Source: a virus. From it: DNA of 64,000 bases. This document shows, piece by piece, positions 36,255-45,929 of this stretch; the stretch's first letter is position 1; every line of letters begins with the position of its first letter. The notes below the pieces were generated by a model, which made no database searches, had not been told where the DNA came from, and saw only the letters and a program-made list of their open reading frames with translations. The DNA is taken from positions 1 to 64,000 of IMG/VR virus record IMGVR_UViG_3300045119_000157. One strand, written 5' to 3'. The position numbers and the translations under genes were made by a program.

Positions 36255-36298
36255 GGCGGGGCTAGCTATACGGTGAAGGTAGCCGTATCGTTGGCCCT

Positions 36299-36829
36299 AT
36301 GGCACAGAGAACACGGACTCGACCCGGAGATGAGATCGGACCGTTCACAATCCTCGAAGTCGGAGAGCGTCGAGTGCTCCCCGACAACCGGGGAACCGTC
36401 GTCCTCTGGAGAGTGCGCTGTGGACTATGCGGCAGCGATGACTACCAGGGCACGACGGGTGACCTCCGCCGCAACAAGAGTTGCGGCTGCGTCCCGCAGG
36501 GACGGTGGACTGGTCCTCGATCCGACGAGTTCAAGGCGAAGGTGTCGGCATCGCTCAAAGGCAAGCGGTCCGGCGCTGATAACCCGAACTGGCGAGGCGA
36601 TGAAGCTGGCTATTACGCGCTCCACGCCTATGTCAACCGGCACTTCGAAGCGTGTCCATGTGAGAACTGCGGGCGCACCGATGGCCGGTTGGAGTGGGCG
36701 CAGAAACATGACGCCACGCCGACGCGGGAGCGTTCTGGCTGGCTCCGACTGTGCGTCCGATGCCACCGACTGTACGACGAGAACCCGCTCGCGACGGGCG
36801 CGTACTGGGCAGCGCATCGCACGGAGTAG
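36299..36829 (+). CDS. HNH-type homing endonuclease with NUMOD-like motif
   Basis: KSCGC, KVSASLKGK..GADNPNWRG, CENCG, LCVRCH. Confidence 0.7.
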   Translation: MAQRTRTRPGDEIGPFTILEVGERRVLPDNRGTVVLWRVRCGLCGSDDYQGTTGDLRRNKSCGCVPQGRWTGPRSDEFKAKVSASLKGKRSGADNPNWRGDEAGYYALHAYVNRHFEACPCENCGRTDGRLEWAQKHDATPTRERSGWLRLCVRCHRLYDENPLATGAYWAAHRTE

Positions 36830-36850
36830 CTGCCGCTGGGAGGCGGTGGC

Positions 36851-39604
36851 ATGACTTATCCGTACGGTTCGATCGACGCCACGAAGGTCGACGCGACCGT
36901 CCTCCTCGGCGACCATGCGCCGCATCACGACACGCTCGCGTCGGCGCTGAATGATCTGCTCGCTGAGTTAGGCGTCGACCCGTCCGGGGCGTTCGCGTCG
37001 CTGACCGCGCGGCTCACGAACAGTGACAGCCTGATCAACCCGTTGGCGTTGTCGCGTGGCGGTACGGGCACCACGGTCGCACCGGACGCGCTCGTCGCTC
37101 TCGCCGCTGAGGTCCTCGGCGCTGCGGGCGCGCACGCTCTACCTCCGGCGGGCGAGTCATCGACGGTGCAACGGTTCCACCGTGACTTCGTGAACCGTTC
37201 CACGACGCCGCTGAAGATCATGTACATCGGGGACAGCGAGTTCGACTTCTCGCAGTGCAACCGTTCCGCGACGTACCAGATGGGCAAGATCTGTAACCCG
37301 CAGAACCGGCAGTTCTCCGGTCCCGGCGCGCTCCTCGCTGCCGGGTCGACGATGCCGGGAGACGTGGCGTTCGGGCTGGGTGCCGTGTCTCCTTCGACGT
37401 GGGTGTCTGTCGGGTCGCCGACGATCACGTCCGCGGCGGTGCAGAACCATCGCGGCATGGCGGGCTGCGCGTTGAAGATGACCGACGGGCAGGCGTGCCA
37501 GTTGATCTCGGCGGTGTGGGATCACGCGAAGTTCTTCTGGCTGACACCGCTCGCGGGGTCGGGCGCGACGTTGGAGTTCTTCGTGGACGGCGTGTCAGTC
37601 CACACGTCCACGTCCACGGCAGCGGGATCGTTCGACTATTCGACGGGGACGGCGCCCGCGGCGCATGTCATCAAGATCGTGTCGCACGGGGAGAACCTGT
37701 TCGACTTCGTGCAGATGTACAGCGGGAACCATGACGCATGGTTGCAGCCGATCAGCGCGGTGCATTCGGGCTACACGACTGGCGACTTCGCGAACTCGTG
37801 CACTGATCTCGCCGGGTACATCGCGTCGTTCGACCCGTCCGTAGTGGTCCTCGAACCGGGCGTGAACGACGCTGACGCGCCGACGTATTACACGGACATG
37901 ACCACGCTGATCGGGACGGTCCGGGCGAACACGACGGCGACGGTCCTGCTGTTCCTCCCGAACGCGGTCCTCGGGCGCACGACGTGGAACGGGTGGCGTC
38001 AGCGGGCGAAGCGGTTAGAGGCCGAGCAGAACGTTCTCCTGTGCGACGTGTCGAACTGGATGCCGGACCTGTCGGTGTCGGATCCGCTGGGGTACACGTC
38101 CGACGGTGTCCACATGCAGCCGACGGGAGCGAACGGCCGTGACATTTGGGCGAACGCGATTGTCGCTTCGCTGTTCACCGGGCGGGTGCGTGACTTCCCG
38201 CTGTGGGAGTCCGGGTCGACGTTCGGCGGGTTCCCCGGACACGTCCGCGTCTACGACAACAATCAGGGCGGCATCGCGCTCGGGTGGTTCCTTCAGCGTG
38301 CCGACACGCAGCCGTACATCCGGATCTCGTCGGAGCCGAACAATGCGCTGAACGGAATGTTCATGGGTCCGGGCGGCACGTCCGGGGCGGACTGCTACAT
38401 CATCCGGTTGCGTCCCGGTGTCATGGGTGTCGAGGACTCGTTCTCGTTGGGTGCGTCGGGGTCCGGCGCGCTGGTCACGGGCGCACGGCTCGCGACGAAC
38501 GCTCCGCTCCCGGCGTGCACTGCTGCCGGGTCGGGTGCAGGCAAGACGCTGACCGGGAACTCGAACGGCGCTCTCGCGGCGATCGACTTCGTGACGCCAG
38601 CGGCGAACAACCGGATCATCGTGAAGGACCAGGCGAACCAGGCGGACAACGGCCTGTACGCGCTCACACAGCTAGGCGACGTCTCGCATCCGTTCATCCT
38701 CACTCGCACGACCGGCTCTGATTCGTCGAACGACTATGCGTCCGGGATCGTGTGCTTCATCGGTGAGGGCTTGAACTACGGCGGCTCGTACGTCCGCTCC
38801 CGGCCGACGACGGTTACCGTCGACACGACCCCGATCATCTGGACGGGACCGGGCCGGTCGAACACGACACCCGCGGACATCCGCTTCGGGTCGAACCGGG
38901 CGCAGCAGCGGTATGACTCCGATTTCGAGGACACTGACGGCACCGTCTCCGGGGCGGGCGGAAGGTGGGCTGTCGGGCAGCCGACGATCATCTTCCTGTC
39001 GGGCACCACGGGCGCGCAGGCAAGCCAGCAGCAGAACGCCGAGGTCCGCTGCGGTGTCATCGGGTTGGAGACGGGAACGAACGTGGCGGGATGGGCGACG
39101 TTCACAGCGTCAGCGAGGCCGTGCACGTTCAACACTGGGCGCCGTCACAGGTACTTCGCGCTTCAGCGGCTCGACACGAACCTGCCCGTCGTGTCACCCG
39201 GCGACGACTACACGGTATGGCAGGGGTTCCTCGACTCGACGGGACTGTCAGCGGTCACGGACCCGACGGCGGGAATGTTCTTCCGCACCGACCGCGCCAC
39301 AGGCAATTGGTTCGCCGTGTGCCGCCACGCCGGGACCGAAACCGCTACCAACTCCGGCGTCCCGTACTCGTCGGCGTACACGAACCTGCGGATCGACTAC
39401 GACGAGACGGCACAGACGGCGTCGTTCTTCATCAACACGACGGCCATCCCGCCCATCTCGACGAACCTGCCGACGTCCGGTGATGTGCTCCACGCCGGAT
39501 GCAAAGTGAAGAAGCTGTCCGGCACAGCGAACCGGATCATTTACACCGACTACTTCGAGGCGGACATGGTGAACAGCCGGTCCCTGAACCAGAGCATCCC
39601 GTGA
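36851..39604 (+). CDS. virion/tail-associated protein with SGNH hydrolase domain
   Basis: YIGDS, GVND, DGVH blocks; NRIIVKDQANQADNGLY tail-fibre motif. Confidence 0.75.
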   Translation: MTYPYGSIDATKVDATVLLGDHAPHHDTLASALNDLLAELGVDPSGAFASLTARLTNSDSLINPLALSRGGTGTTVAPDALVALAAEVLGAAGAHALPPAGESSTVQRFHRDFVNRSTTPLKIMYIGDSEFDFSQCNRSATYQMGKICNPQNRQFSGPGALLAAGSTMPGDVAFGLGAVSPSTWVSVGSPTITSAAVQNHRGMAGCALKMTDGQACQLISAVWDHAKFFWLTPLAGSGATLEFFVDGVSVHTSTSTAAGSFDYSTGTAPAAHVIKIVSHGENLFDFVQMYSGNHDAWLQPISAVHSGYTTGDFANSCTDLAGYIASFDPSVVVLEPGVNDADAPTYYTDMTTLIGTVRANTTATVLLFLPNAVLGRTTWNGWRQRAKRLEAEQNVLLCDVSNWMPDLSVSDPLGYTSDGVHMQPTGANGRDIWANAIVASLFTGRVRDFPLWESGSTFGGFPGHVRVYDNNQGGIALGWFLQRADTQPYIRISSEPNNALNGMFMGPGGTSGADCYIIRLRPGVMGVEDSFSLGASGSGALVTGARLATNAPLPACTAAGSGAGKTLTGNSNGALAAIDFVTPAANNRIIVKDQANQADNGLYALTQLGDVSHPFILTRTTGSDSSNDYASGIVCFIGEGLNYGGSYVRSRPTTVTVDTTPIIWTGPGRSNTTPADIRFGSNRAQQRYDSDFEDTDGTVSGAGGRWAVGQPTIIFLSGTTGAQASQQQNAEVRCGVIGLETGTNVAGWATFTASARPCTFNTGRRHRYFALQRLDTNLPVVSPGDDYTVWQGFLDSTGLSAVTDPTAGMFFRTDRATGNWFAVCRHAGTETATNSGVPYSSAYTNLRIDYDETAQTASFFINTTAIPPISTNLPTSGDVLHAGCKVKKLSGTANRIIYTDYFEADMVNSRSLNQSIP

Positions 39605-39615
39605 GGGCGTGACCG

Positions 39616-42360
39616 ATGCCTGACGAACCGATCTCATCTCTCGCGGCGCAGACCAGCGGCGCTGTCGCGGCGAACGACCTGTTCGAAACGGTCGACGTCA
39701 GTGACACGTCGCTCGCTCCGACGGGCACGAACAAGAAGCTCGCGTACTCGGATCTTGTCGCGGCGCTCACCACGTCACTCGCGTCGAGCTTCCAGCCGGA
39801 GGACGCGGACCTCACCGCGATCGCTGCGCTCACGACGGCACCGTACGGGCGCAGCCTCCTGACGCTCACCGACCCGACCGGCCTCGCCGGATCACTCAGC
39901 CTCGGCACGCTCGCGTTCCTCGATTCTGTCGACTCCGCGCACATCACCGACGGCACGATCGTCGATGCCGACATCAACGCTGCGGCGGGTATCGCGTACA
40001 CGAAACTCGCGCTCGCTGGGACGATCACGTCCAGTGACATCGTGAACGGCACGATCGTCGATGCGGACATAAACGGTGCCGCCGCCATCGCGCCGTCGAA
40101 GATCAGCGGCACCGCTCTCGTCACGTCCGCTATCGGAACGTCGGTGCAGGGGTTCGACGCGGAACTGTCCGCTCTCGCTGGCCTGGTGTCCGCCGCGAAC
40201 AAGATCCCGTACTTCACCGGGTCGCAGACCGCGGCGCTGCTCACGCTCGACACGGACGGGACACTCGGCGCGAACCTCGACACGAACGTCGCGACGCAGA
40301 AGGCCGTGAAGACCTTCGTGGGCGCTCAGATCACGGCGCTGTCGCTCGGGTCGTTGGCGTTCCTCAGCAGCGTCGACTCCGCGCACATCACGGACGGCAC
40401 CATCGTCAACGGGGACGTGAACGCGGCGGCGGCGGTTGCGTACAGCAAGTTGGCGCTGACCGGGTCGATCGTCAACGCGGACGTGAACGCGGCGGCGGCG
40501 ATCGCGTATTCGAAGCTGAACCTGGCGGGCAGCATCGTGTCAGCGGACATCACGGACGGCACGATCGTGAACGCGGACATCAACGCGTCGGCCGCGATCG
40601 CGCAGTCGAAGATCAGCGGGCTGGGCACGATGGCGTCGCAGAACGCGTCCGCTGTGTCGATCACGGGCGGCTCCATTGCTCTGCCCGCTGGCGGCACGCT
40701 GACCGCTCCGGCGAACGGTGTCGCGATTCAGGATGCCAGCGACGCGACGAGGCAACTGGTGTTCTCGACCAGCCTGATGTCGACGACCGGCGTCACTGTC
40801 ACGGTGCAGGTCCCGAACGTGGGAGTGAGCACCGCTGACGTGCTCGTCCTGAAGGCGCTCTCGGCGGCCCTAACGAACAAGCGGCTCACGACCGCGTCGG
40901 CGTACACGACCGGCGTCACATCGCAGATCGAGGCGCAGGGCAACGCGAACTTCCCGTTCCACGCGACGGGCGGGTTCCTCGGCCTCGACTATGTCGCCAC
41001 CGAGTTCAACGGCGTAGCCGCCTGTGTCGATCTCCGCTCGACCGCCGGGACCGACATGAACAACCTCGCAGCGACGGCGTCGGGGAAAGTCATCGCCGCG
41101 TTCCACGTCGGCGGCTCGCATGACACGACCCGCGGCATGGTCGACTGCGCCGAGATCGACAACGTCGCGTCGGAGGCGTTCTCCTCGACGGACCTGACCG
41201 CGTCCGGGAACCGTTGGACGTTCTGGCAGACACCGAACGGGATGGGCGACACCGCGAAGTATCTGGCGTGGACGCTCGACCATGACGGCCAGATGTATCC
41301 CGGCTCCCCGGATGCCCTTCAGTCCGGTGTCACCGCGACGCGGGAGTACACGACGTCGGGGATGAAGCCGCAGTCCCTGTTCGGGACTAAGAGCGGGCAG
41401 ACGATCAAGGCGTCGTTCTCGACGCCGACGCTGCCGTCAGCGTTCCGCCACTCAGCGACGCAGATCATCAACGCTGCGTTCAGCGGCGCGACGTTCTACC
41501 AGGGCGGCTTCTTCCACAACCCGACGATCACGAACGACCCGACGAATGGGACGGGTGCGTGGGCGAGCGGGCTGACCGTCGGGGCGTACGGGTTCCGTGA
41601 CGCGGTCACACTTCAGGTCGACACGAAGACCGGGATCAGCGTCGGCACGTACCGGGCGTTCTCGTCGCTGACGACGGTCACCGTCGCGAACAGCGGCACC
41701 ATCACGAACGGTCTCATCTACGGGTACGTCGCCGGGTTGACGCTCACGTCCGGCGCGCTGTCCGCGTACTCCGGGTTCGCGACGACGGGTGTCAGTCTCG
41801 CTGCCAGCCAGAGCGTGACCACGATCCGCGGCGTCGACATCGGCCAGATCACACTGAACACGTCCGCTACCGCGACGAGCATCATCGGGTTCAATACGAG
41901 CGGCGTCACCGTCGGCCAGTCCGCGACCGTCACGACGGTCACGGGCTACACGATCGCGGACTCTGCGGTGACGGGATCACCGATCGGTGTGATCACCACG
42001 CAGTACGGCATCGACATTCCGGCTCTGTCCGCGGCGGGCACGAACGTCGGGATCCGGAACAAGTCGACGATGCGTCAGACGGCAGCGGTCACGCTCGGCG
42101 CTGACGCTGCCGCGACGTGGCTGCTCCATATGCAGGGCGGCAACGCGTCGACCGCCGCTATCGGGATGGACACGTCCACGACGGGACCGGCGAACCATCC
42201 GACGTCGAGCGGCGGCGGGTCGATCTCGATCTACCACGGAGCGACGCACTGGTATCTGCTCATCTCGTTCAACAAGGCCGGGACGCAGCAGTACAAGTAT
42301 CTTCTCCTCGACGACAACACGACAGTCGCGTGGGCCACTGGCACCTCACTCCCCGTCTAA
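39616..42360 (+). CDS. tail fibre-like protein with internal repeats
   Basis: Repeated ITDGTIVNADINAxAAIAxSKL units; beta-rich C-terminus. Confidence 0.7.
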   Translation: MPDEPISSLAAQTSGAVAANDLFETVDVSDTSLAPTGTNKKLAYSDLVAALTTSLASSFQPEDADLTAIAALTTAPYGRSLLTLTDPTGLAGSLSLGTLAFLDSVDSAHITDGTIVDADINAAAGIAYTKLALAGTITSSDIVNGTIVDADINGAAAIAPSKISGTALVTSAIGTSVQGFDAELSALAGLVSAANKIPYFTGSQTAALLTLDTDGTLGANLDTNVATQKAVKTFVGAQITALSLGSLAFLSSVDSAHITDGTIVNGDVNAAAAVAYSKLALTGSIVNADVNAAAAIAYSKLNLAGSIVSADITDGTIVNADINASAAIAQSKISGLGTMASQNASAVSITGGSIALPAGGTLTAPANGVAIQDASDATRQLVFSTSLMSTTGVTVTVQVPNVGVSTADVLVLKALSAALTNKRLTTASAYTTGVTSQIEAQGNANFPFHATGGFLGLDYVATEFNGVAACVDLRSTAGTDMNNLAATASGKVIAAFHVGGSHDTTRGMVDCAEIDNVASEAFSSTDLTASGNRWTFWQTPNGMGDTAKYLAWTLDHDGQMYPGSPDALQSGVTATREYTTSGMKPQSLFGTKSGQTIKASFSTPTLPSAFRHSATQIINAAFSGATFYQGGFFHNPTITNDPTNGTGAWASGLTVGAYGFRDAVTLQVDTKTGISVGTYRAFSSLTTVTVANSGTITNGLIYGYVAGLTLTSGALSAYSGFATTGVSLAASQSVTTIRGVDIGQITLNTSATATSIIGFNTSGVTVGQSATVTTVTGYTIADSAVTGSPIGVITTQYGIDIPALSAAGTNVGIRNKSTMRQTAAVTLGADAAATWLLHMQGGNASTAAIGMDTSTTGPANHPTSSGGGSISIYHGATHWYLLISFNKAGTQQYKYLLLDDNTTVAWATGTSLPV

Positions 42361-42377
42361 GGAGAGAACATTCACTC

Positions 42378-42584
42378 ATGACGAATCAGGAAGCGTTGCA
42401 GGTGGTCGTGAACGTGTGCGAGGCGCACCTGTGCAACGGGCAGGACCGGAACATCATCCGCGAGGCGCTGAACACGGTCGCGGCAGCACTCGACGCTCAG
42501 GCTGCTCCGGCACCGGAGCCGGAGGAGGCCGCTGAGACTGCGGCGGCGAACGGACGGAAGCGTGCCTCGGCGTCGACTGCTTGA
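42378..42584 (+). CDS. hypothetical protein
   Basis: AAGGAG RBS. Confidence 0.6.
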   Translation: MTNQEALQVVVNVCEAHLCNGQDRNIIREALNTVAAALDAQAAPAPEPEEAAETAAANGRKRASASTA

Positions 42585-42711
42585 GGACGGCAGCGTCCGG
42601 CTGTTGGAGGACGGGACGGCCCGGCTGCTGGAAGGCGTCGACATCGGCGTGACCGTGGATGAGGTCCGCCGTCTCGTCGGGTCGCTGGACGGGCCAGTCA
42701 CGAACGGATAG
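42562..42711 (+). CDS. small LLEDG-repeat protein
   Basis: RLLEDGSVRLLEDGTARLLEG; 49 aa, not in the ORF track. Confidence 0.45.
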   Translation: MPRRRLLEDGSVRLLEDGTARLLEGVDIGVTVDEVRRLVGSLDGPVTNG

Positions 42712-42755
42712 CTGATCCCGCTAGGCGCACGCTGCGGGAAGTAGCCTCGCCCGTC

Positions 42756-43901
42756 GTGGCGCAGACGTTCTCCATCGGCATCGGTGACACCGGACCGGAC
42801 CTCGTCGAGAACCTGTACGAAGTCCTAGCCGACGGGACCGTCCAGCCCGCGAACCTGACCGGCGTCTCGAACCTCCGGTTCCATCTCCGCGACGCGTCCG
42901 GTACCGAGGTCATCAACGCGGCTGCGACGCTGATCACACCGTTCCCGGCGCAAGTGTCCTACACCTGGTCGCCGGGCGACACGGCTGCCGCTGGGATGTT
43001 CCTGCGCCGCTGGACGTACACCGTCAACGGTGAGGACAAGTCGACCCCGAACGATGTAGACGGCTACCCCGTCGAGATCGTCGACCCGAACGTGACTCCG
43101 GCGACGAACCGGCTGACATGCTCGGCGTGGTGCACGCCCGGCGACGTCGTCGTGTGCGGGCCGTGCAGCGGCACGACGCTGAACCTCGACGCTGTCGACT
43201 TCGCGATTCAGGTGGCGTCGGACCTGCTGTTCTACCTGTCGGGACGCCAGTTCACGGGTGTGTGTCCGGACACGATCCGCCCGATTCGCGATGACGCGAC
43301 GGGGAACTGGTGGCGTGGCATCGGGGAGGTGCAGGTCGACTCGTCGTTCGTGTCGCGCGACTCGAACTACCGCTCCGCTGACTTCGTGAACGACCGGCGG
43401 AACATCTACTCCGAGTTGCGGCTACCGGCCTACCCGATCCGGGCGATCACGCAGGTCCGGATCGACGGGCAGGTCGTCCCGTCGTCGCAGTACCGGATCG
43501 CGGATGACAGGTTCCTGCTCGCGGTGAACGGCCAGTCGTGGCCGTACTGGCAGGACCTCACGAAGGATCCGACGCAGGTCGGGACGTTCGAGGTGCAGTA
43601 CACGTATGGTGTCCCGATCCCGCCGCTCGGTGTCCGCGCCGCCGCGGCGTACGCGTGTCAGGTGGCGTTGGCGTGCGGGACGGGGGCGGGCGATTCGTGT
43701 GCGCTTCCGGTGCGGACGCAGCAGATCGTGCGGCAGGGGTTGACGGTCCGCACGAACACCGCGGACGACTACCTCGACAACGGGAAGACGGGCGTACCGG
43801 AGGCCGACGCGTTCATCCGGGCAGTGAACCCGCACGGGTTGCAGGAACGTGCCGCGGTGATGAGTCCAGATTTCGACTGGCCTGCGTACAGGATCAGGTG
43901 A
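42756..43901 (+). CDS. BppU-like N-terminal domain fused to head-tail adaptor
   Basis: GDTGP...VSYTWSPGDT; ASDLLFYLSGRQF, CALP, RQG, TG.PEAD.FI..VNP. Confidence 0.7.
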   Translation: MAQTFSIGIGDTGPDLVENLYEVLADGTVQPANLTGVSNLRFHLRDASGTEVINAAATLITPFPAQVSYTWSPGDTAAAGMFLRRWTYTVNGEDKSTPNDVDGYPVEIVDPNVTPATNRLTCSAWCTPGDVVVCGPCSGTTLNLDAVDFAIQVASDLLFYLSGRQFTGVCPDTIRPIRDDATGNWWRGIGEVQVDSSFVSRDSNYRSADFVNDRRNIYSELRLPAYPIRAITQVRIDGQVVPSSQYRIADDRFLLAVNGQSWPYWQDLTKDPTQVGTFEVQYTYGVPIPPLGVRAAAAYACQVALACGTGAGDSCALPVRTQQIVRQGLTVRTNTADDYLDNGKTGVPEADAFIRAVNPHGLQERAAVMSPDFDWPAYRIR

Positions 43902-43905
43902 CCCG

Positions 43906-44196
43906 ATGACAGTGTCGAAAGCGAAGCTGGCGGACGAGATCCGAGAGTTGGGCGCGGTGCCGCCTGCTGACGCGACAGCGAACGAACTGGAAGTGCTCCT
44001 CCGGCGCATCAAGGCGCTCCGGAGCGGTGCTAACCCGCAGATGCCGGAGCGGCGCCGTACAGCGCCGTTTAGCGGCCAATCCGGGGATCCTGTGGTCACG
44101 CCCGCACCGTCGCCTGCGGCGGCGTTGGCGTCGGCGCGGATGCCGGGTGTCAGCGACCACAAGCGGCGCCCGTACGACCCGCACGCCGGGTGGTGA
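43906..44196 (+). CDS. hypothetical protein
   Basis: Lies within the structural operon. Confidence 0.5.
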   Translation: MTVSKAKLADEIRELGAVPPADATANELEVLLRRIKALRSGANPQMPERRRTAPFSGQSGDPVVTPAPSPAAALASARMPGVSDHKRRPYDPHAGW

Positions 44197-44636
44197 CCGT
44201 GGCGAACCTCGACGGGCTACGAACCGCGCTCAGCGACAAGGTGTTGGAGATCAGCGCCGCCGCGCTCGCGACGGTCGTGTCCGAGACGCAGGATGCGGCA
44301 CCGGAGAAGACGGGCGCGCTGCGCGCGTCGATTCACGGGTCAGGCCCGGACCTTCAGGGTGACTTCCGGGCGACCGCGACGATCGCTGCCGACGTCGCGT
44401 ACGCGGGCTATACGGACGCGGGGACACCGCCGCACACGATCGAGGGGAAGCCGTGGCTGGCGTTCTTTTGGGATCTGAAGGGCTACTGGGTCATCTCCGC
44501 TGAGCGTGACGGTCACCCACCGATGTACGTGAACCATCCGGGCACGACCGGCACACAATGGTTCAACAGCGGCATCGACGACGGCGAACCGATGGCGTCC
44601 CGATGGGAGTCTGCACTCACCGACGCGGCAGCCTGA
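44190..44636 (+). CDS. HK97 gp10-like neck/tail-completion protein
   Basis: APEKTGALRASI, YAGYTDAGTPPH, VNHPGT. Confidence 0.75.
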   Translation: MVTVANLDGLRTALSDKVLEISAAALATVVSETQDAAPEKTGALRASIHGSGPDLQGDFRATATIAADVAYAGYTDAGTPPHTIEGKPWLAFFWDLKGYWVISAERDGHPPMYVNHPGTTGTQWFNSGIDDGEPMASRWESALTDAAA

Positions 44637-45145
44637 TGCCCGGCCAGCCGCCGGTCCCCGGCACGAACCCGAACTGGCTCGGACAGTTCCTCGAAGCCAT
44701 CCTCGCCGCCGCTGTCACGGTCCTCGGCGCGGACGCACCGCCGCGGCGGTTCGTGTCCGCGGGACGCCCGGTGCCGGACTGCGGCCAGTTGACCGTCAAC
44801 CTCACAGCCATCCGGTCGTCAGGTCAGCCGTTCACCCGCCCCGCGATCCTCCCGCAAGGCAGCCTCGAATACACGCCCGTCGCGACGCTCGACGTGACCC
44901 TGTACGAATGCGTCGCGGTCGCGACGGAGCGGGGCGCACCGACGGTCGCGTCGATGAACGCCGACGGTCTACGGTTCGCTGACCTCGGACAGCGGCTCTG
45001 GTACGGCCTGATCCAGAAGACCGTGGACGGCACCCTGTTCCCGCTTCAACTGAAGCCGTCGATCCTGTGGCGGGACATGACACCGATCGACCCGCAGGCA
45101 GGCTTCGCCGGGTGGCGACTCCCCGGCGAGATCTCGTTGACCTGA
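44636..45145 (+). CDS. tail terminator-like protein
   Basis: Position; DCGQLTV...PQAGFAGW. Confidence 0.55.
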   Translation: MPGQPPVPGTNPNWLGQFLEAILAAAVTVLGADAPPRRFVSAGRPVPDCGQLTVNLTAIRSSGQPFTRPAILPQGSLEYTPVATLDVTLYECVAVATERGAPTVASMNADGLRFADLGQRLWYGLIQKTVDGTLFPLQLKPSILWRDMTPIDPQAGFAGWRLPGEISLT

Positions 45146-45186
45146 GCCGCATCCATCCCCGAATGAAACCCTTGAAGGAGGGCGCA

Positions 45187-45573
45187 GTGACAGTCACAGA
45201 ACCAGAGGTCACCGTCAGTGAGAACGGCACCACGACACCGGCACCGGAAGTGCAGGACGGCATCGACTACCTCCCATCCGGCAAGGCGGTGTTCACCATC
45301 GACGGGAAGCCGTACACGCTCCGGCTCCCGAAGTTCGGCGAGTTCCGGGCGCTCCACACCGCGTGGACGGAAGGCACCGGCCTCGCACCGAAGGACCAGT
45401 TGGCGCATCAGGTCGACTGGGTGTCGAACCTGTTCTCGATGCTGTCGGATCATCCGCTCCCCGAGGGCGAGGATGCATGGCCCGCGTGGCTCGGTGTCGG
45501 CGCCTACCAGGCGAAGCTCATGATCCATTTCCGTGATGTCCCTTTGGCCCGTGGCGGCGGGGGCGTGGGGTAG
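45187..45573 (+). CDS. tail assembly chaperone
   Basis: AAGGAGG RBS; first of two ORFs before the tape measure. Confidence 0.7.
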   Translation: MTVTEPEVTVSENGTTTPAPEVQDGIDYLPSGKAVFTIDGKPYTLRLPKFGEFRALHTAWTEGTGLAPKDQLAHQVDWVSNLFSMLSDHPLPEGEDAWPAWLGVGAYQAKLMIHFRDVPLARGGGGVG

Positions 45574-45929
45574 CGGAGGAGCATCCGCTCGATGCCGTCG
45601 ATCTCACGATGTTCGCCAGCGTGTACCGCGCCATGCGCGGCGCGGGTCTACCCGATCCGCGCCGCGTCGACGCGCTGTACCTGTGGGAGATCGCCGTGCT
45701 GATCGGCGCTGACGGATACGACCGTGACCCGGAAACGGGCACACCGCGCGCCCGGAACGACGAGCACTCCCATCTCCGCGCCGACCTCGAATACCGGCGG
45801 CAGATGGCAGCGTTCGCGGCTGGGATGGGTCCGGAACCGGACCGTGCGACGCATTACACATGGGACGACGACGAACCGGACGACGGCGCCTATCTAGCGT
45901 CCGTGCTCGCTGACGGAAGCAGCCTCTAA
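45540..45929 (+). CDS. tail assembly chaperone, -1 frameshift extension
   Basis: Slippery C CCT TTG at 45540-45546; the -1 frame is open from 45537 to 45929. Confidence 0.65.
   Translation, partial: PFGPWRRGRGVAEEHPLDAVDLTMFASVYRAMRGAGLPDPRRVDALYLWEIAVLIGADGYDRDPETGTPRARNDEHSHLRADLEYRRQMAAFAAGMGPEPDRATHYTWDDDEPDDGAYLASVLADGSSL

Noticed and set aside
39900-40620. Duplicated segments in the fibre gene as a DGR template/variable pair
   Set aside because: They are in-frame protein repeats, differences are not adenine-specific, and no reverse transcriptase is in the window.
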